A stretch of 64,000 nt of DNA from Vulcanimicrobiota bacterium. Its GTDB lineage: Bacteria > Vulcanimicrobiota > Vulcanimicrobiia > Eremiobacterales > Eremiobacteraceae. Positions 48,107 through 58,900 of the stretch are shown piece after piece. The position numbers were made by a program, and so were the translations under genes. The stretch spans positions 1,216,001-1,280,000 of the forward strand of contig CAWETU010000001.1 in NCBI GenBank assembly GCA_963812135.1, read 5' to 3'. Under the pieces are notes generated by a model that saw only the letters and a program-made list of their open reading frames with translations, was not told the origin of the DNA and made no database searches. Position 1 is the stretch's first letter, and every line of letters starts with the position of its first letter.

Positions 48107-48847
48107 TTAGGACCTTACGGCGCCGTCTCCTAGGCGAGCGAGCGACGCACGAAGGGCTTTCCGGAAGTTCTGCGCCGATTCGGTCATCGGCCAGTGGCCC
48201 GCCTTGGCGAAGCACACAGTCTCGAGGCCTTGGCTTTCTAGCCAACGGACCGTCGCGGGCGAGAGTCCGTTCGCGGCGCTTCCATAGTAGTAGGTCCTTG
48301 GCACCTTCACGCCCGCGTACATCTTGGCCATGGCGTCGAAGCGCGTGAGCGCCACGATGTCGCGCGCGCAGGCGAGGAACGTCGCCGCGTCGGCTTCATC
48401 GACGCTCTTGGCATAGTGGGCAGGCGCGCCGCTCTCGGGAGACTGCATAGCGCGGCGGAATCGACGGAACCAGCGCGCGAAGTTAGTGGCACGACTCGCT
48501 TGCAGGCTGGTATCTCCGTCGATCGACGTGAGCGGTCCTTCGATGTTCACGAAGCCCGCCACAATCGATGGATGCTGCGCGGCGACCAACGTGCTGATCA
48601 TTCCGCCCATCGAGTGGCCGACGAGCAGCACGCGCCGGCCGCGCGACCGGCTCACGATCTGCGCCGCAAGCCAATCGGCCATCCCGTGAATACCGCGACG
48701 GCCTCTCGCAAGCGGCGCCGTTCCGCCAAGGCCCGGCAGCGTCGGAGCGATCAACCGGTATCGCTTGAATGCCGCATCCGCTCGGACGCCGCGCCAGACG
48801 CGCGGCGCATCGCCAAGGCCGTGGATCAGCCAGACGTCGGCCTTCAT
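48107..48847 (-). CDS. Alpha/beta hydrolase
   Basis: LIHGLG, GHSMGG, AGHWPM. Confidence 0.9.
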   Translation of the reverse strand: MKADVWLIHGLGDAPRVWRGVRADAAFKRYRLIAPTLPGLGGTAPLARGRRGIHGMADWLAAQIVSRSRGRRVLLVGHSMGGMISTLVAAQHPSIVAGFVNIEGPLTSIDGDTSLQASRATNFARWFRRFRRAMQSPESGAPAHYAKSVDEADAATFLACARDIVALTRFDAMAKMYAGVKVPRTYYYGSAANGLSPATVRWLESQGLETVCFAKAGHWPMTESAQNFRKALRASLARLGDGAVRS

Positions 48848-48911
48848 TAGATACCTCCAAATGGGGCGGCCAAGGTTAGTGCGACATCCGCCAGAACCCT
48901 AGCGCACGCAC

Positions 48912-49742
48912 ATGCCTCCGGAGCCGAAGCCCGCATTTATCAGCGAGCGAATCACGCCCGAGCCAGGTTCGTCAGACGTGGGCGCCATGTCCCGTGGTGA
49001 GCCCGGCGTGCCGAAAGCTTTCGTGTGGCGCGGCGAGCGCTTCGAGACGGGTCGCTTGCTCTCAACGCGCCGCGACATGGGAACGGATCGCGGCGACGCC
49101 TACGTCCGGAGGCATTACTACGAAGTCGAGACGATGGATCAGCTGCGTATGGTGATCTACTTCGAACGCAATCCTTCGGATCGGTCCAAACGCAAAGCGT
49201 GGTGGCTGTACACGCTTGCGTTTCCCGAACCGGTCATCGTGACGGCGCGGCTCACATTGCGGCGCTGGACCTATGCGGACCGCGATGCCTTCCGAGCAAT
49301 GGTGGCTGATCCGGACACGATGATCCATCTCCACGACAGCGTGCCGCTCACAAGCGCGCAAGCCGATGACGCGTTGCGCGACACGATCGAACATTACGCC
49401 GCTGGCTATGGGGACTGGGCGATCGTGGCGCGTGACGGCAGCGCCATCATAGGCGAAAGCGGCTTGACCAAGCTGCGCGAGAAAGGCGAAGTCGAGCTCG
49501 GCTACATGCTGCGCCGGCCATACTGGGGACGCGGCTACGCATTCGAGGCTGCGGCGGCGGTCAAAGCGTACGCGTTCGACGAGCTGCGGCTCGAACGACT
49601 CGTCGCGTTGAGCCGCCCCGAAAACGCCGCTTCGATCAGGATCTTAAACAAGCTGGGTATGAAGCCGCTCGGCCACGCGATGCACCGCGGCCACGACATG
49701 GTCAAATATGAGGCGTGTTCGCCACACGCGCTTCCCGCATAA
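48912..49742 (+). CDS. DUF6504-like domain fused to RimJ/RimL-type GNAT acetyltransferase
   Basis: N-term GEPG.P..F.WRG...RRHYYEV...IYFER...WWLY; C-term TARLTLR, ELGY......WGRGYA.EAA, N.AS...L.KLGM. Confidence 0.78.
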   Translation: MPPEPKPAFISERITPEPGSSDVGAMSRGEPGVPKAFVWRGERFETGRLLSTRRDMGTDRGDAYVRRHYYEVETMDQLRMVIYFERNPSDRSKRKAWWLYTLAFPEPVIVTARLTLRRWTYADRDAFRAMVADPDTMIHLHDSVPLTSAQADDALRDTIEHYAAGYGDWAIVARDGSAIIGESGLTKLREKGEVELGYMLRRPYWGRGYAFEAAAAVKAYAFDELRLERLVALSRPENAASIRILNKLGMKPLGHAMHRGHDMVKYEACSPHALPA

Positions 49743-49744
49743 GC

Positions 49745-50365
49745 ATGGCACTGCTGCTCGTGGCCGTCGCGCTCATCGGCATCTTGCACACGCTGGCGCC
49801 TGACCATTGGGCGCCGATCGCGGTGCTCGCGCGCCAACAGCGATGGACGCGCCGGCAAACCGTGTGGACGGCTGCAGGCGCAGGGTTAGGTCACACGCTC
49901 TCGACGCTGCTCATCGGCGCGATCGCGTGGTTCGTCGGCATCGCCGTCGCCCAGCGCTACGGCCATTACGTCAACATCGCATCGGGCGTCGCTTTGATCG
50001 CATTCGGGTTATGGATCGCGCTCAGCGCACTGCGCGAAGCGCGCGAGCCGGAGGCGGAGCTCGAGTCGGAGGTGGCAGCCGAAGCGAAGAAGATCGCGAC
50101 GCGCACTTCGATCATGCTCGTCGTCGGATCGTCGCCAAGCGTGGAAGCCCTGCCGACTTTCTTCGCTGCGGCGAAATACGGCGTCTCTGCGGAACTTGCG
50201 CTTGCAGTCGTATTCGCGGCGACCACGATCGGCACGTACGTCGTGACGTGTGTGTTGTCGGCGGCGGGCCTCGAGCGCCTGCGGATCGGGCCGCTGGAAC
50301 GTTACGGCGAAGTGATCAGCGGCACGGTGGTGGCGCTCGTCGGCGCGGTATTCCTTTTCCTCTAG
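49745..50365 (+). CDS. Nickel/cobalt transporter-like membrane protein (RcnA/UreH-like)
   Basis: GILHTLAPDHW and GLGHTLS motifs; multiple TMs. Confidence 0.75.
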   Translation: MALLLVAVALIGILHTLAPDHWAPIAVLARQQRWTRRQTVWTAAGAGLGHTLSTLLIGAIAWFVGIAVAQRYGHYVNIASGVALIAFGLWIALSALREAREPEAELESEVAAEAKKIATRTSIMLVVGSSPSVEALPTFFAAAKYGVSAELALAVVFAATTIGTYVVTCVLSAAGLERLRIGPLERYGEVISGTVVALVGAVFLFL

Positions 50366-50391
50366 GACGGTCGAATAAATTCGACCGCTAC
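50366..50391 (-). repeat. GTAG-family REP-like palindrome
   Basis: GACGGTCGAATAAATTCGACCGCTAC; abuts upstream TAG; its GTAG supplies the stop of 50388..50957. Confidence 0.9.
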
Positions 50392-50957
50392 GGTTTCTTC
50401 GTGCAAACGGCGTCCACGGCGACCATGCGACCCGATTTTTCTTTGAACCCGGTGTGAGACGTCTGTTTCGCGTCGCTGGCTTTGGTCACAGTGAATGGTG
50501 AGTTCGCGACGATGTTTGGACCGGGAGTGAACAGCGGGTCTTTCCAGACCATCGTGTTGCCGCTCCACCCGGGCGAGAATGTGGTGCCATAGCCGCCTTG
50601 GTCGTCGGTATAGACGTCGACCCAGCGATGTTGGTCTGGGTCGTAGGTTATTTGGTCGACGGAATTGATGGCGGCCGCCCACGAGAGCTTGGGCGTGGTG
50701 CTCTTCTGGATCATCCAGTAGCCGGTCGGATCCATGGTCGTGACGATTGTCGTGGGGAACGGGCCAGGCCGTCGAGAGCTTTGCGTGCTGCACTCCCATG
50801 TTCCGACCAAGAACTTCATGGACGACCAGTCAGGTTTTTGCGTCAAGGGAATGGGCGTGGTTTCCGCGCCCGGTGTCGCGGCTGCGAAGCAGCTCGCGCC
50901 GAGCGCAAGTGATGCGACGAGAAGGCCAAGGAAGAACCGAACGGGTCCGATGCGCAC
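50388..50957 (-). CDS. Secreted beta-rich protein (L..L.GTW.C family, DUF1579-like)
   Basis: AAGGAGG RBS, GTG at 50957, signal peptide, MKFLVGTWEC...VCTK. Confidence 0.82.
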   Translation of the reverse strand: MRIGPVRFFLGLLVASLALGASCFAAATPGAETTPIPLTQKPDWSSMKFLVGTWECSTQSSRRPGPFPTTIVTTMDPTGYWMIQKSTTPKLSWAAAINSVDQITYDPDQHRWVDVYTDDQGGYGTTFSPGWSGNTMVWKDPLFTPGPNIVANSPFTVTKASDAKQTSHTGFKEKSGRMVAVDAVCTKKP

Positions 50958-50970
50958 AGACGCCTCCTTC

Positions 50971-50996
50971 GACGGTCGAATAAATTCGACCGCTAC
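50971..50996 (-). repeat. GTAG-family REP-like palindrome
   Basis: Identical to 50366..50391, same orientation. Confidence 0.9.
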
Positions 50997-51098
50997 GATG
51001 TAGCAGACCGTTACGATGGCGGACCGAGGTTCCGAGGCGCTCACACTATCTCCTTCGGAACGGGTGAACCGCGTCGCCGACGCGAAGCCCGCACTCGG

Positions 51099-52574
51099 AT
51101 GAAGAGCGCCGTTATCATAATCCATGGCATCGGTCCGCTTGACCGTTACCAGATCCAGGATCAATTCGCCGCAGAACTGCGCGACGCGCTCAACACCGAA
51201 ACGGACGATGAGCGGCGTGAGCGCTTTGGCGGAGAAGCGCCACCGCGCCAGGGCCAATGGCACGCCGACGTCATCTGGCCGCCGGTGCAGCGCAACGAGC
51301 AGCTCGAAGGCGTGCGCCCGAGCGCCGTGCGCGTGCATTGCGACATCAACGGCGTCGACGTGCTCCAAGAGCCGTCGGTCGACGTCTTCGAAGGCTACTG
51401 GAGTCCCGTCGACAAACGCCAGACGAACGCGTTCAGCGTCCTCTCCTGGTTGTTGCGTTCCATCTTCTCACCGATCGCCGACACTCGGATCGCGGCGCCC
51501 GGCAGCAAAACGACGTACGACATCGCCGTCATCGTGGCCGTCGCGCTGCTGGTCCCGGTGCTCACGGTCCTTTCGCTGACCAGTGGCTACCGCGCATATA
51601 TCGGATTACCCACCAGCGGGCCGGTGCCCGCATGGGTCGCGCTGCTCGTCGGGTTGGCAGGCGGTTATCTCGTCGCGCAAGGTCTCTCGCGGTTGGTGCC
51701 GCTACTCTTCGTGGCGCGCGCGGGCCGAAGCGTGAGGCGTCCGATCTTTCTCGTCATCCTCGGTCTCATCATCGTCGCGGTCACCTCGTACTTCGCCGGA
51801 GGAGAATACTTCGACATGTTCGGCAGGCTCGGGTGGCTGCTCGTGACCACCACTTCCGCGCGCTTGTTGCTCAGCCTCATGATCGATTTCTTAGTCGATC
51901 GAGTGGGCGACATCCAGATCTACGCGACGCACAACGAGAACGAGCGCTACTATCTGCTACGCGAGAAGATCCTCCAAGTCGTCGGCGACACGGCGCTGTC
52001 GGTCCTGCGCACGAAAGACGGCTTGCTCGCCAAACCGCTCTACGACCGCGTGTACTTGGTGGGGCACAGCCTCGGCTCGAGCATCTTGATGGATGTCATC
52101 ATCGAGCTGCACCGGCTGTTGATGGAAGGCGGCTTGGACGAGTCTTCGTGGAATCGGCTGCGCTGCTTCGTCAGTTACGGCAGCTCGCTCGAGAAGACGC
52201 ATTATCTATTGGGCTGCGCCCGCCCGGTCGCGCCGCAACAGGTCAGCGAGTTCAAAGCCGATCTGTATTCCCGTTTGTTCAGCGCGGACCCGGCGGCGCT
52301 TCGGCCGGCGCAGGCCGCGACGCGCCCGCCGATGTTCTGGATCAACTATTGGTATTTCTCCGACGTCGTCGCGAATGCGATCGCGTCGTACGGGCGCGCT
52401 CGAAGCGTTGGCGATCCGTCGCCGGAGCCAGGCGTACATTATACGAGCCTTAACGCGCGGTTGCCATCGCCGCCCGGCGTCATCTGGTCGCATGACCATT
52501 ATCTGAACGACCGCCGCCTGTGGCACTCGCAAGAGGGGCGGCGTGGGCTCGCGACAATCGTCGCTTCAGCCTAA
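51099..52574 (+). CDS. Membrane-inserted alpha/beta-hydrolase-like protein
   Basis: IIHGIG, internal TM block, GHSLGS, W.N.....D.V, H..Y. Confidence 0.7.
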   Translation: MKSAVIIIHGIGPLDRYQIQDQFAAELRDALNTETDDERRERFGGEAPPRQGQWHADVIWPPVQRNEQLEGVRPSAVRVHCDINGVDVLQEPSVDVFEGYWSPVDKRQTNAFSVLSWLLRSIFSPIADTRIAAPGSKTTYDIAVIVAVALLVPVLTVLSLTSGYRAYIGLPTSGPVPAWVALLVGLAGGYLVAQGLSRLVPLLFVARAGRSVRRPIFLVILGLIIVAVTSYFAGGEYFDMFGRLGWLLVTTTSARLLLSLMIDFLVDRVGDIQIYATHNENERYYLLREKILQVVGDTALSVLRTKDGLLAKPLYDRVYLVGHSLGSSILMDVIIELHRLLMEGGLDESSWNRLRCFVSYGSSLEKTHYLLGCARPVAPQQVSEFKADLYSRLFSADPAALRPAQAATRPPMFWINYWYFSDVVANAIASYGRARSVGDPSPEPGVHYTSLNARLPSPPGVIWSHDHYLNDRRLWHSQEGRRGLATIVASA

Positions 52575-52635
52575 GCAGTCCGACCCCAGGGCTTTGTGTT
52601 GAAACACCGAACCCGCATACGCGAGTAATGCTGTC

Positions 52636-55600
52636 ATGTGGTTGACCCGCTTCACCCTCCGCCAACCGATCATCGCCACCCTGTTCTTCCTGGCCGTCGC
52701 GGTCTTTGGGTTGATCGCCTATTTCTCGATGGGCGAGAACATCATCCCGAACGTGAACTTCCCGATCGTGTCGGTGACCGCGGTCTACCCCGGCGCCAGC
52801 CCCGACGAGATGGAACGCCTCATCGTCAAACCGATCGAGGACCAGATCCAAGGCCTGCCGCACCTCGACAAGGTCAGCGCGACCGCACAAGAGGGCACGG
52901 CCAGCATCACCGTGCAGTTCAAGCTGGGCACCGATGTGAATTTTTCGGCGACGGACGTGCAGCACGCCGTCGACGCCGCGCGCCTCTATCTCCCCAACGA
53001 CTTGGATCCGCCGCTCGTCGAGAAATTCGACGTCTCCGCGCAGCCCGTTCTGACCGAAGCAATCACGTCGACCGTGCTTTCGCCGGTCGACCTGTCGAAC
53101 GTCATCACAAACGAGATCGTACCTGCGCTCCGCGGTGTGAAAGGCGTCGGCGCCGTCGTGGTCGGCGGCAAGTACACGCGCCAGATCACGGTGCAACCCG
53201 ACCTCGCGCGGCTGCGCAGCGTCGGCCTGACGCTCTCCGACGTCAATAATTCGCTTGCCGCCGGCAACGTCAGCATGCCGGGCGGCAGGCTCGATGAGCC
53301 GTTCGCTGAGTCGACCGTCGGCGTGCGGGCCGACCTCACCAACGCCTCGCAGATCGCGCACCTGCCCCTCATGAATCCGTTTGCCCTCACGGCAGGCACG
53401 CCGGCGGGTTCGACCGGCCAACCGCTTCGCATCGGCGACGTGGCCACCGTGGTCGACGGCTATGCCGACCATCGCGTCATCTCGACCGTCAACCACGTGA
53501 CGGCCAACGTCGTGACGATCTCGCGCGACGCGACATCCGATACCGTCAAGACGACCGAGGCGGTGCGCAGCGCGTTCAAAGACCTCCAGGCGCGCTTCCC
53601 GCAGATCAAATTCTCCGAGATCGACGCCGACCTGTATTTCACGCGCGATTCGATCAACGGCGTCCTCGAGAACCTCTTCGAGGGCATCCTGCTGACCGCG
53701 CTCGTGCTGCTGCTGTTCCTACACGTGTGGCGCAGCGCGCTGGTGGTGATGATCGCCATTCCGGCATCGCTGCTCGCCACGTTCTTCGTGATGTGGATGT
53801 TGGGCTTCACGGTGAACGTGCTGTCGCTGATGGGACTTTCGCTCACCATCGGCATTCTGGTCGACGATTCGATCGTCGTCATCGAGAACATCACTCGCCA
53901 TCGAGAGATGGGCCAGCCGCCGGACGATGCCGCCATCACCGGCCGGTCCGAGATCGGCGGGGCGGCCATCGCCATCACGCTCGTCGACGTCGTCGTGTTC
54001 GCGCCGATCGCGTTCATGTCGGGCATCATCGGCCAGTACATGCGCGAATTCGGACTCGTCGTGGTGTGCGCCACGCTGTTCTCGCTGCTCGTGTCATTCA
54101 CGCTGACGCCGTTGCTCGCCGCGCACTGGGCGCTCGTGCGCAAACCGCGTCCGCCGGCGGGCATCTTCAAGGCGTTCGCAGACTGGTTCGAGAGCGTGCG
54201 CCACGCATACCACGACCGCTGGCTGCCGGCGGCGATGGCGCATCCGTACATCACGTTCTTTGGATCACTTGGCTTGGTCTTGGGATCTATCGTGCTCGCG
54301 GGCATCCTCATGGGTTCCGGCATCCTGCCGGGTGAGTTCCAGCCCTACACCGAGTGGGGCTACGCGAGCATCGATCTGAACTACCCGCCGGGCACGCCGA
54401 TCGATGTCACCGCTGCAGGCGCCGCGCGGATCGGCTTGGCGCTGGAGAAGATGAAGGGCGTCAAGAACGTCTCCGTGACGGTCGGCCGCGCTGAGAACGG
54501 CGCGACCGAGATCGTCGGCGGCAATGTGGCGCACATCTGGGCGTTCCTGTATCAGGATCAACGCCACGAGGAGCGCGGCATCGTCTCCAAAGTCGCAACG
54601 CTCGGCGCGCTTGCGCCAGGAGCCCGTATCTCCGCGGCCGGCGCGGCGAATGCCGGCCAACCGCCGATCTCCTTCACGTTGACCGGTCCGGCGGAAGAGC
54701 TCGACGCGGCCAGCAAGAAGCTCGTCAACTTCATCGCGAAGCAGCCAAACGCGACGGACGTCACCTCGAGCACCGCGATCGTCGGCCCCCGTCTGGAGAT
54801 CAACATCGATCGCGATCGCGCCGCCGTGCTCGGCGTGAGCCCGCAAGACGCGGCGCTCGCCGCGCGCGCGGCTATCGGCGGCGTCATCTCGACGCGGGTG
54901 CGCCAACGAGAAGGGCTCATCGACGCGGTGGTACAGCTGCCGCCCGCGACCCGTAACGATCCATCGCAGCTGCGCACGGTCGACGTGCGTTCGCTGACGA
55001 CCGGTCAGCTCGTGCCGCTCGAGGACGTTGCGGCGTTCACGAAGACGACCGAGCCGCCGTATATCGAGCGGCAAGACCGCGAACGCATCGTCAGCGTCAC
55101 GGCGAACACCGCCAACGGCGTGCCGATCGGGCCGATCGTCGACAAGGTCAACCAAGCGCTGAACACGCCGGGGTTCCTGCCGCCAGGCGTGCACTCCAAG
55201 ACTGAAGGCGACACCCAGCTGTTCGGCGACGCGATGACCAAGATCGGCCTGGCGCTGCTCACGTCTTTCATCCTTATCTATATGCTGCTGGTGGTGCTGT
55301 ATCGGAGCTATCTGACCCCGCTGGTCATCATGATGAGCGTGCCGGCTGCGATCGTCGGCGTCATCGGGTTCTTGATCGTGCTCAACTTGTTCAACGTCGC
55401 GTTCCCGGATTTTCATATCCAGCTCGGACGGTTCTATCTGCGGCCGTTCGCGGGACAAACGTTTAATCTGTTCTCTATGCTCGGCATCGTGATGCTCACC
55501 GGCCTCGTCGCGAAGAATGGGATCTTGCTGGTAGACTATGCCAACACGATGCGGACGCGTGGTCTCGCGCTCGCCGATGCCATGCGCGAGTCGGCCACGA

Positions 55601-55884
55601 TCCGGTTCCGGCCGATCGTCATGACCACCGCTGCGATGATCGCTGGCATGACGCCGCTTGCGCTCGGGCTGACCGAAGGCGCGGAGTTCCGCAAGTCGAT
55701 CGGCACCGTGATCATCGGCGGGCTGACGAGCTCGCTCTTCCTCACGTTGTTCCTCGTGCCGGTCGTCTACGTGGCAATGGTCGGGTTCTTCGACCGGGTC
55801 GCGCAACGCAAGCTGGCTCGCCAGCTGAAAGTTGCCAAAGATGACCAGGACGGTGTCACAGGCACGGCACTCGACGCGGGTTAA
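52636..55884 (+). CDS. RND efflux permease (AcrB family)
   Basis: YPGASP, GILVDDSIVVIENI, KNGILLVDYA, RFRPIVMT. Confidence 0.93.
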   Translation: MWLTRFTLRQPIIATLFFLAVAVFGLIAYFSMGENIIPNVNFPIVSVTAVYPGASPDEMERLIVKPIEDQIQGLPHLDKVSATAQEGTASITVQFKLGTDVNFSATDVQHAVDAARLYLPNDLDPPLVEKFDVSAQPVLTEAITSTVLSPVDLSNVITNEIVPALRGVKGVGAVVVGGKYTRQITVQPDLARLRSVGLTLSDVNNSLAAGNVSMPGGRLDEPFAESTVGVRADLTNASQIAHLPLMNPFALTAGTPAGSTGQPLRIGDVATVVDGYADHRVISTVNHVTANVVTISRDATSDTVKTTEAVRSAFKDLQARFPQIKFSEIDADLYFTRDSINGVLENLFEGILLTALVLLLFLHVWRSALVVMIAIPASLLATFFVMWMLGFTVNVLSLMGLSLTIGILVDDSIVVIENITRHREMGQPPDDAAITGRSEIGGAAIAITLVDVVVFAPIAFMSGIIGQYMREFGLVVVCATLFSLLVSFTLTPLLAAHWALVRKPRPPAGIFKAFADWFESVRHAYHDRWLPAAMAHPYITFFGSLGLVLGSIVLAGILMGSGILPGEFQPYTEWGYASIDLNYPPGTPIDVTAAGAARIGLALEKMKGVKNVSVTVGRAENGATEIVGGNVAHIWAFLYQDQRHEERGIVSKVATLGALAPGARISAAGAANAGQPPISFTLTGPAEELDAASKKLVNFIAKQPNATDVTSSTAIVGPRLEINIDRDRAAVLGVSPQDAALAARAAIGGVISTRVRQREGLIDAVVQLPPATRNDPSQLRTVDVRSLTTGQLVPLEDVAAFTKTTEPPYIERQDRERIVSVTANTANGVPIGPIVDKVNQALNTPGFLPPGVHSKTEGDTQLFGDAMTKIGLALLTSFILIYMLLVVLYRSYLTPLVIMMSVPAAIVGVIGFLIVLNLFNVAFPDFHIQLGRFYLRPFAGQTFNLFSMLGIVMLTGLVAKNGILLVDYANTMRTRGLALADAMRESATIRFRPIVMTTAAMIAGMTPLALGLTEGAEFRKSIGTVIIGGLTSSLFLTLFLVPVVYVAMVGFFDRVAQRKLARQLKVAKDDQDGVTGTALDAG

Positions 55885-55965
55885 CCTGAAAAATCTCGCC
55901 TTCTCGGACAGAAATCGACGGCCCAGGGGCGAAACATCCGAAGCGGCACGGCGGTAGGGGTTCAC

Positions 55966-58900
55966 ATGTGGCTGACACGTTTTGCCATTCGGCAACCGAC
56001 GATCATAACGTTATTCTTCTTGGCCGTGGCGCTGTTCGGCGTCATCGGCTTTTTCCAGATGGGCGTCAACGTCAATCCGCCGGTCACGTTCCCGGCAGTG
56101 GCGGTGTTCGCGAGCTACCCGGGCGCAAGTCCGCAGGAGATCGAGCGGCTCGTCGTCCGCCCGATCGAAGACCAGCTGCAGAACGTGCGCCACGTGGAGA
56201 AGATCTTCGCACGCTCCCAAGAGGGGTCCGGCACGATCTTCGTCCAGCTCAAGCTCGGCACAAGCGTGGACTTCGCCGCCACCGATGTGCAGCAAGCTGT
56301 TGATGCGGCTCGGATCAACCTGCCCACCGATCTCGACCCGCCGATCGTCACGAAAGAAGATCCGAACGCGCAGCCGATCCTGACCGAGTATCTCACGTCG
56401 ACGAAGCTCTCACCCGTGGAGTTGTCGAATCTCGCCGAAAACGAGATAATCCCAGCGCTCAAAGGTGTCCATGGCGTCGGCTTTGTCAATGTGAGCGGCG
56501 AGTTCATACGTCAGGTGAATATCAACCCGGATCTCGCGCGCCTACAGATGCTGGGTGCGACGCCGCTCGACGTCGTCAACTCCGTGGGTCAAGGCAACGT
56601 GAGCATGCCGGGCGGCCGCCTTGACGAGGCCTTCCGCGAAGCCACAGTGGGCGTTCGGGCGGACATCACGGATCCGGCGCAGATCGCCCAGCTACCGCTG
56701 GTCGTGCCGAACGCATCGCCGAATCAGATCAAGATCAGCGATGTCGCCAATGTGGTCGATACCTACCAGGACCACCGATTGTCATCGGATGTCAATGGAC
56801 AGCCCGCCATCGTGCTCAACGTCGCGCACGACTCGGACGCCGATACGCAGCGGACGACGCAAGCGATTCGCTCCGAGTTCAAGCTCCTCGCGGCCAAGTA
56901 TCCTGATGCGCGTTTCAACGAGCTATCCGCCGATGAGGATTTCCTCCACGAAGCCGTTGACGGCGTGATGTCCAACCTGTTTGAAGGCGTGTTGCTCACC
57001 GCGCTCGTGCTGCTGCTCTTCCTCCACGTGTTGCGCAGCGCCGTCGTCGTCATGATCGCCATCCCGACCTCCATCCTCGCGACGTTCCTCGTCATGTGGA
57101 TGCTCGGGTTCTCGATCGATCTGCTATCCCTGATGGGGCTGTCACTGACGATCGGCATCCTTGTCGATGACTCGATTGTCGTCATAGAAAATATCACCCG
57201 ACATCGGGAGATGGGCAAGCCGGCTGAAGAGGCGGCTATCACTGGCCGCACCGAGATCGGCAATGCCGCTATCGCGATCACGCTCGTCGATGTCGTCGTG
57301 TTCGCACCGATCGCGTTCATGGGCGGCATCGTCGGCCAATTCCTGCGCGAATACGGCTTGGTCATCGTGACCGCCACGCTGTTCTCGCTGCTGGTCTCCT
57401 TCACGCTGACACCGCTGCTCTCAGCGCATTGGGCGCTGGCGCGCAAGCCCAAGCAGACCGTCCTTTCAGGGCGAGCCATCACTATTACGCTGGCGATCGT
57501 CGGGGCGATCTCGTTGCTCGGCATTCTCGCGCGTATCGGCGGCGTGATCGGCGATCCGCTGCTCGTCGCGCTGCTCATGCTCACCGGTGGCACCGCGTTC
57601 CTCGTGCTCGTGTACAACCAGTTCAACGATTGGTTCGACAATCTGCGCCGCTGGTACCACGACAAGCTCTTACCGATCGCGTTGCGCCATCCGTATGCGG
57701 TGGGGTTCGGCTGCTTCGCACTTGTGATCGCAAGCGTCGTCATCGGATTCATCGTGGTTCCGACCGAGTTCCAGCCGGATACAGAGTACGGTTCCGCGTC
57801 CGCGAGCATCACCTATCCCGTCGGCACGCCGATAGGCGTCACGACGGCGGGCGCCGAGCGCATCGCGACAGAGCTGCGCAAGCGCGACGACATCCGCGAG
57901 GTCGTCGTCAACGTCGGTGCGGACACGAACGACGTGACCGGCGGCTACGTGGCAAACGTCCAGGTCAATCTCAAACCCGACCGGCGGCACGACCAGCACC
58001 TTGTGGTGGACCAGATGCGCCATATGGGCTACCTGGTGCCGGGTGCGTACATCAACGCGGGCGGCGAGGGCGGCGCCCAGATGATCTACACCTTGCTCGG
58101 CAACCCGGATCAGCTCTACCCGGCTGCCGACAAGCTCGTCGCGTACATAAAGAAGATACCGAACACTATCGACGTCGTCGCCACCAGCGAGATCGTCGGG
58201 CCGCGCCTGGAGATCGACATCGACCGGGCCAAAGCAGCGGCGCTCGGCGTCTCGCCCCAAGCCGCGGCGATGACCGCGCGTGCAGCGGTCGGCGGAGTTA
58301 TCGCGACGAAGTTGCGCATGACCGAGGGACTGGTGAACGCGATCGTTCAGCTGCCGCCCGGCACGCGCAACGATTATCGCAATCTCACCTACGTGCCCGT
58401 CCGCGCACAAGACGGCGTCACACTCGTGCCGCTGGCTGACGTCGCGACCTTCCGATGGGTCACCGAGCCGCCGACGCTGCGCCGGCAAGACCGCCAGCGC
58501 ATCGTGCGCGTGTTCGCCGATCCGGTCGCCGGCGCGCCGATCGGTCCGATCGACAACAAGGTGCAAGAGGCGCTACGCCAACCCGGCTTCCTGCCATCTG
58601 GCGTTCAAGTGCAAACAGAAGGCGACACGCAATTCCTCGGCGACACGATCACGAAGATCTTCATCGCGCTGGGAACGTCGTTCGTCCTCATCTACATGCT
58701 GCTCGTGATCCTCTATCGCAGCTACCTCGAGCCGTTCATCATTATGCTCAGCATTCCGGTAGCGCTCATCGGCGCATTCGGGATCCTGACCGTCTCGAAC
58801 GTCATCCACATGGTGCTGCCGGATCTGCGCTGGTTCGCTGGCCAGACGCTCAACATATTCTCGATGCTCGGCATCGTCATGCTCATGGGACTGGTCGCCA

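Noticed and set aside
50958..51368. N-terminal extension of ORF 50388..51368
   Set aside because: Overlaps 51099..52574 and reads through a REP; a strong RBS and GTG at 50957 give a clean signal peptide
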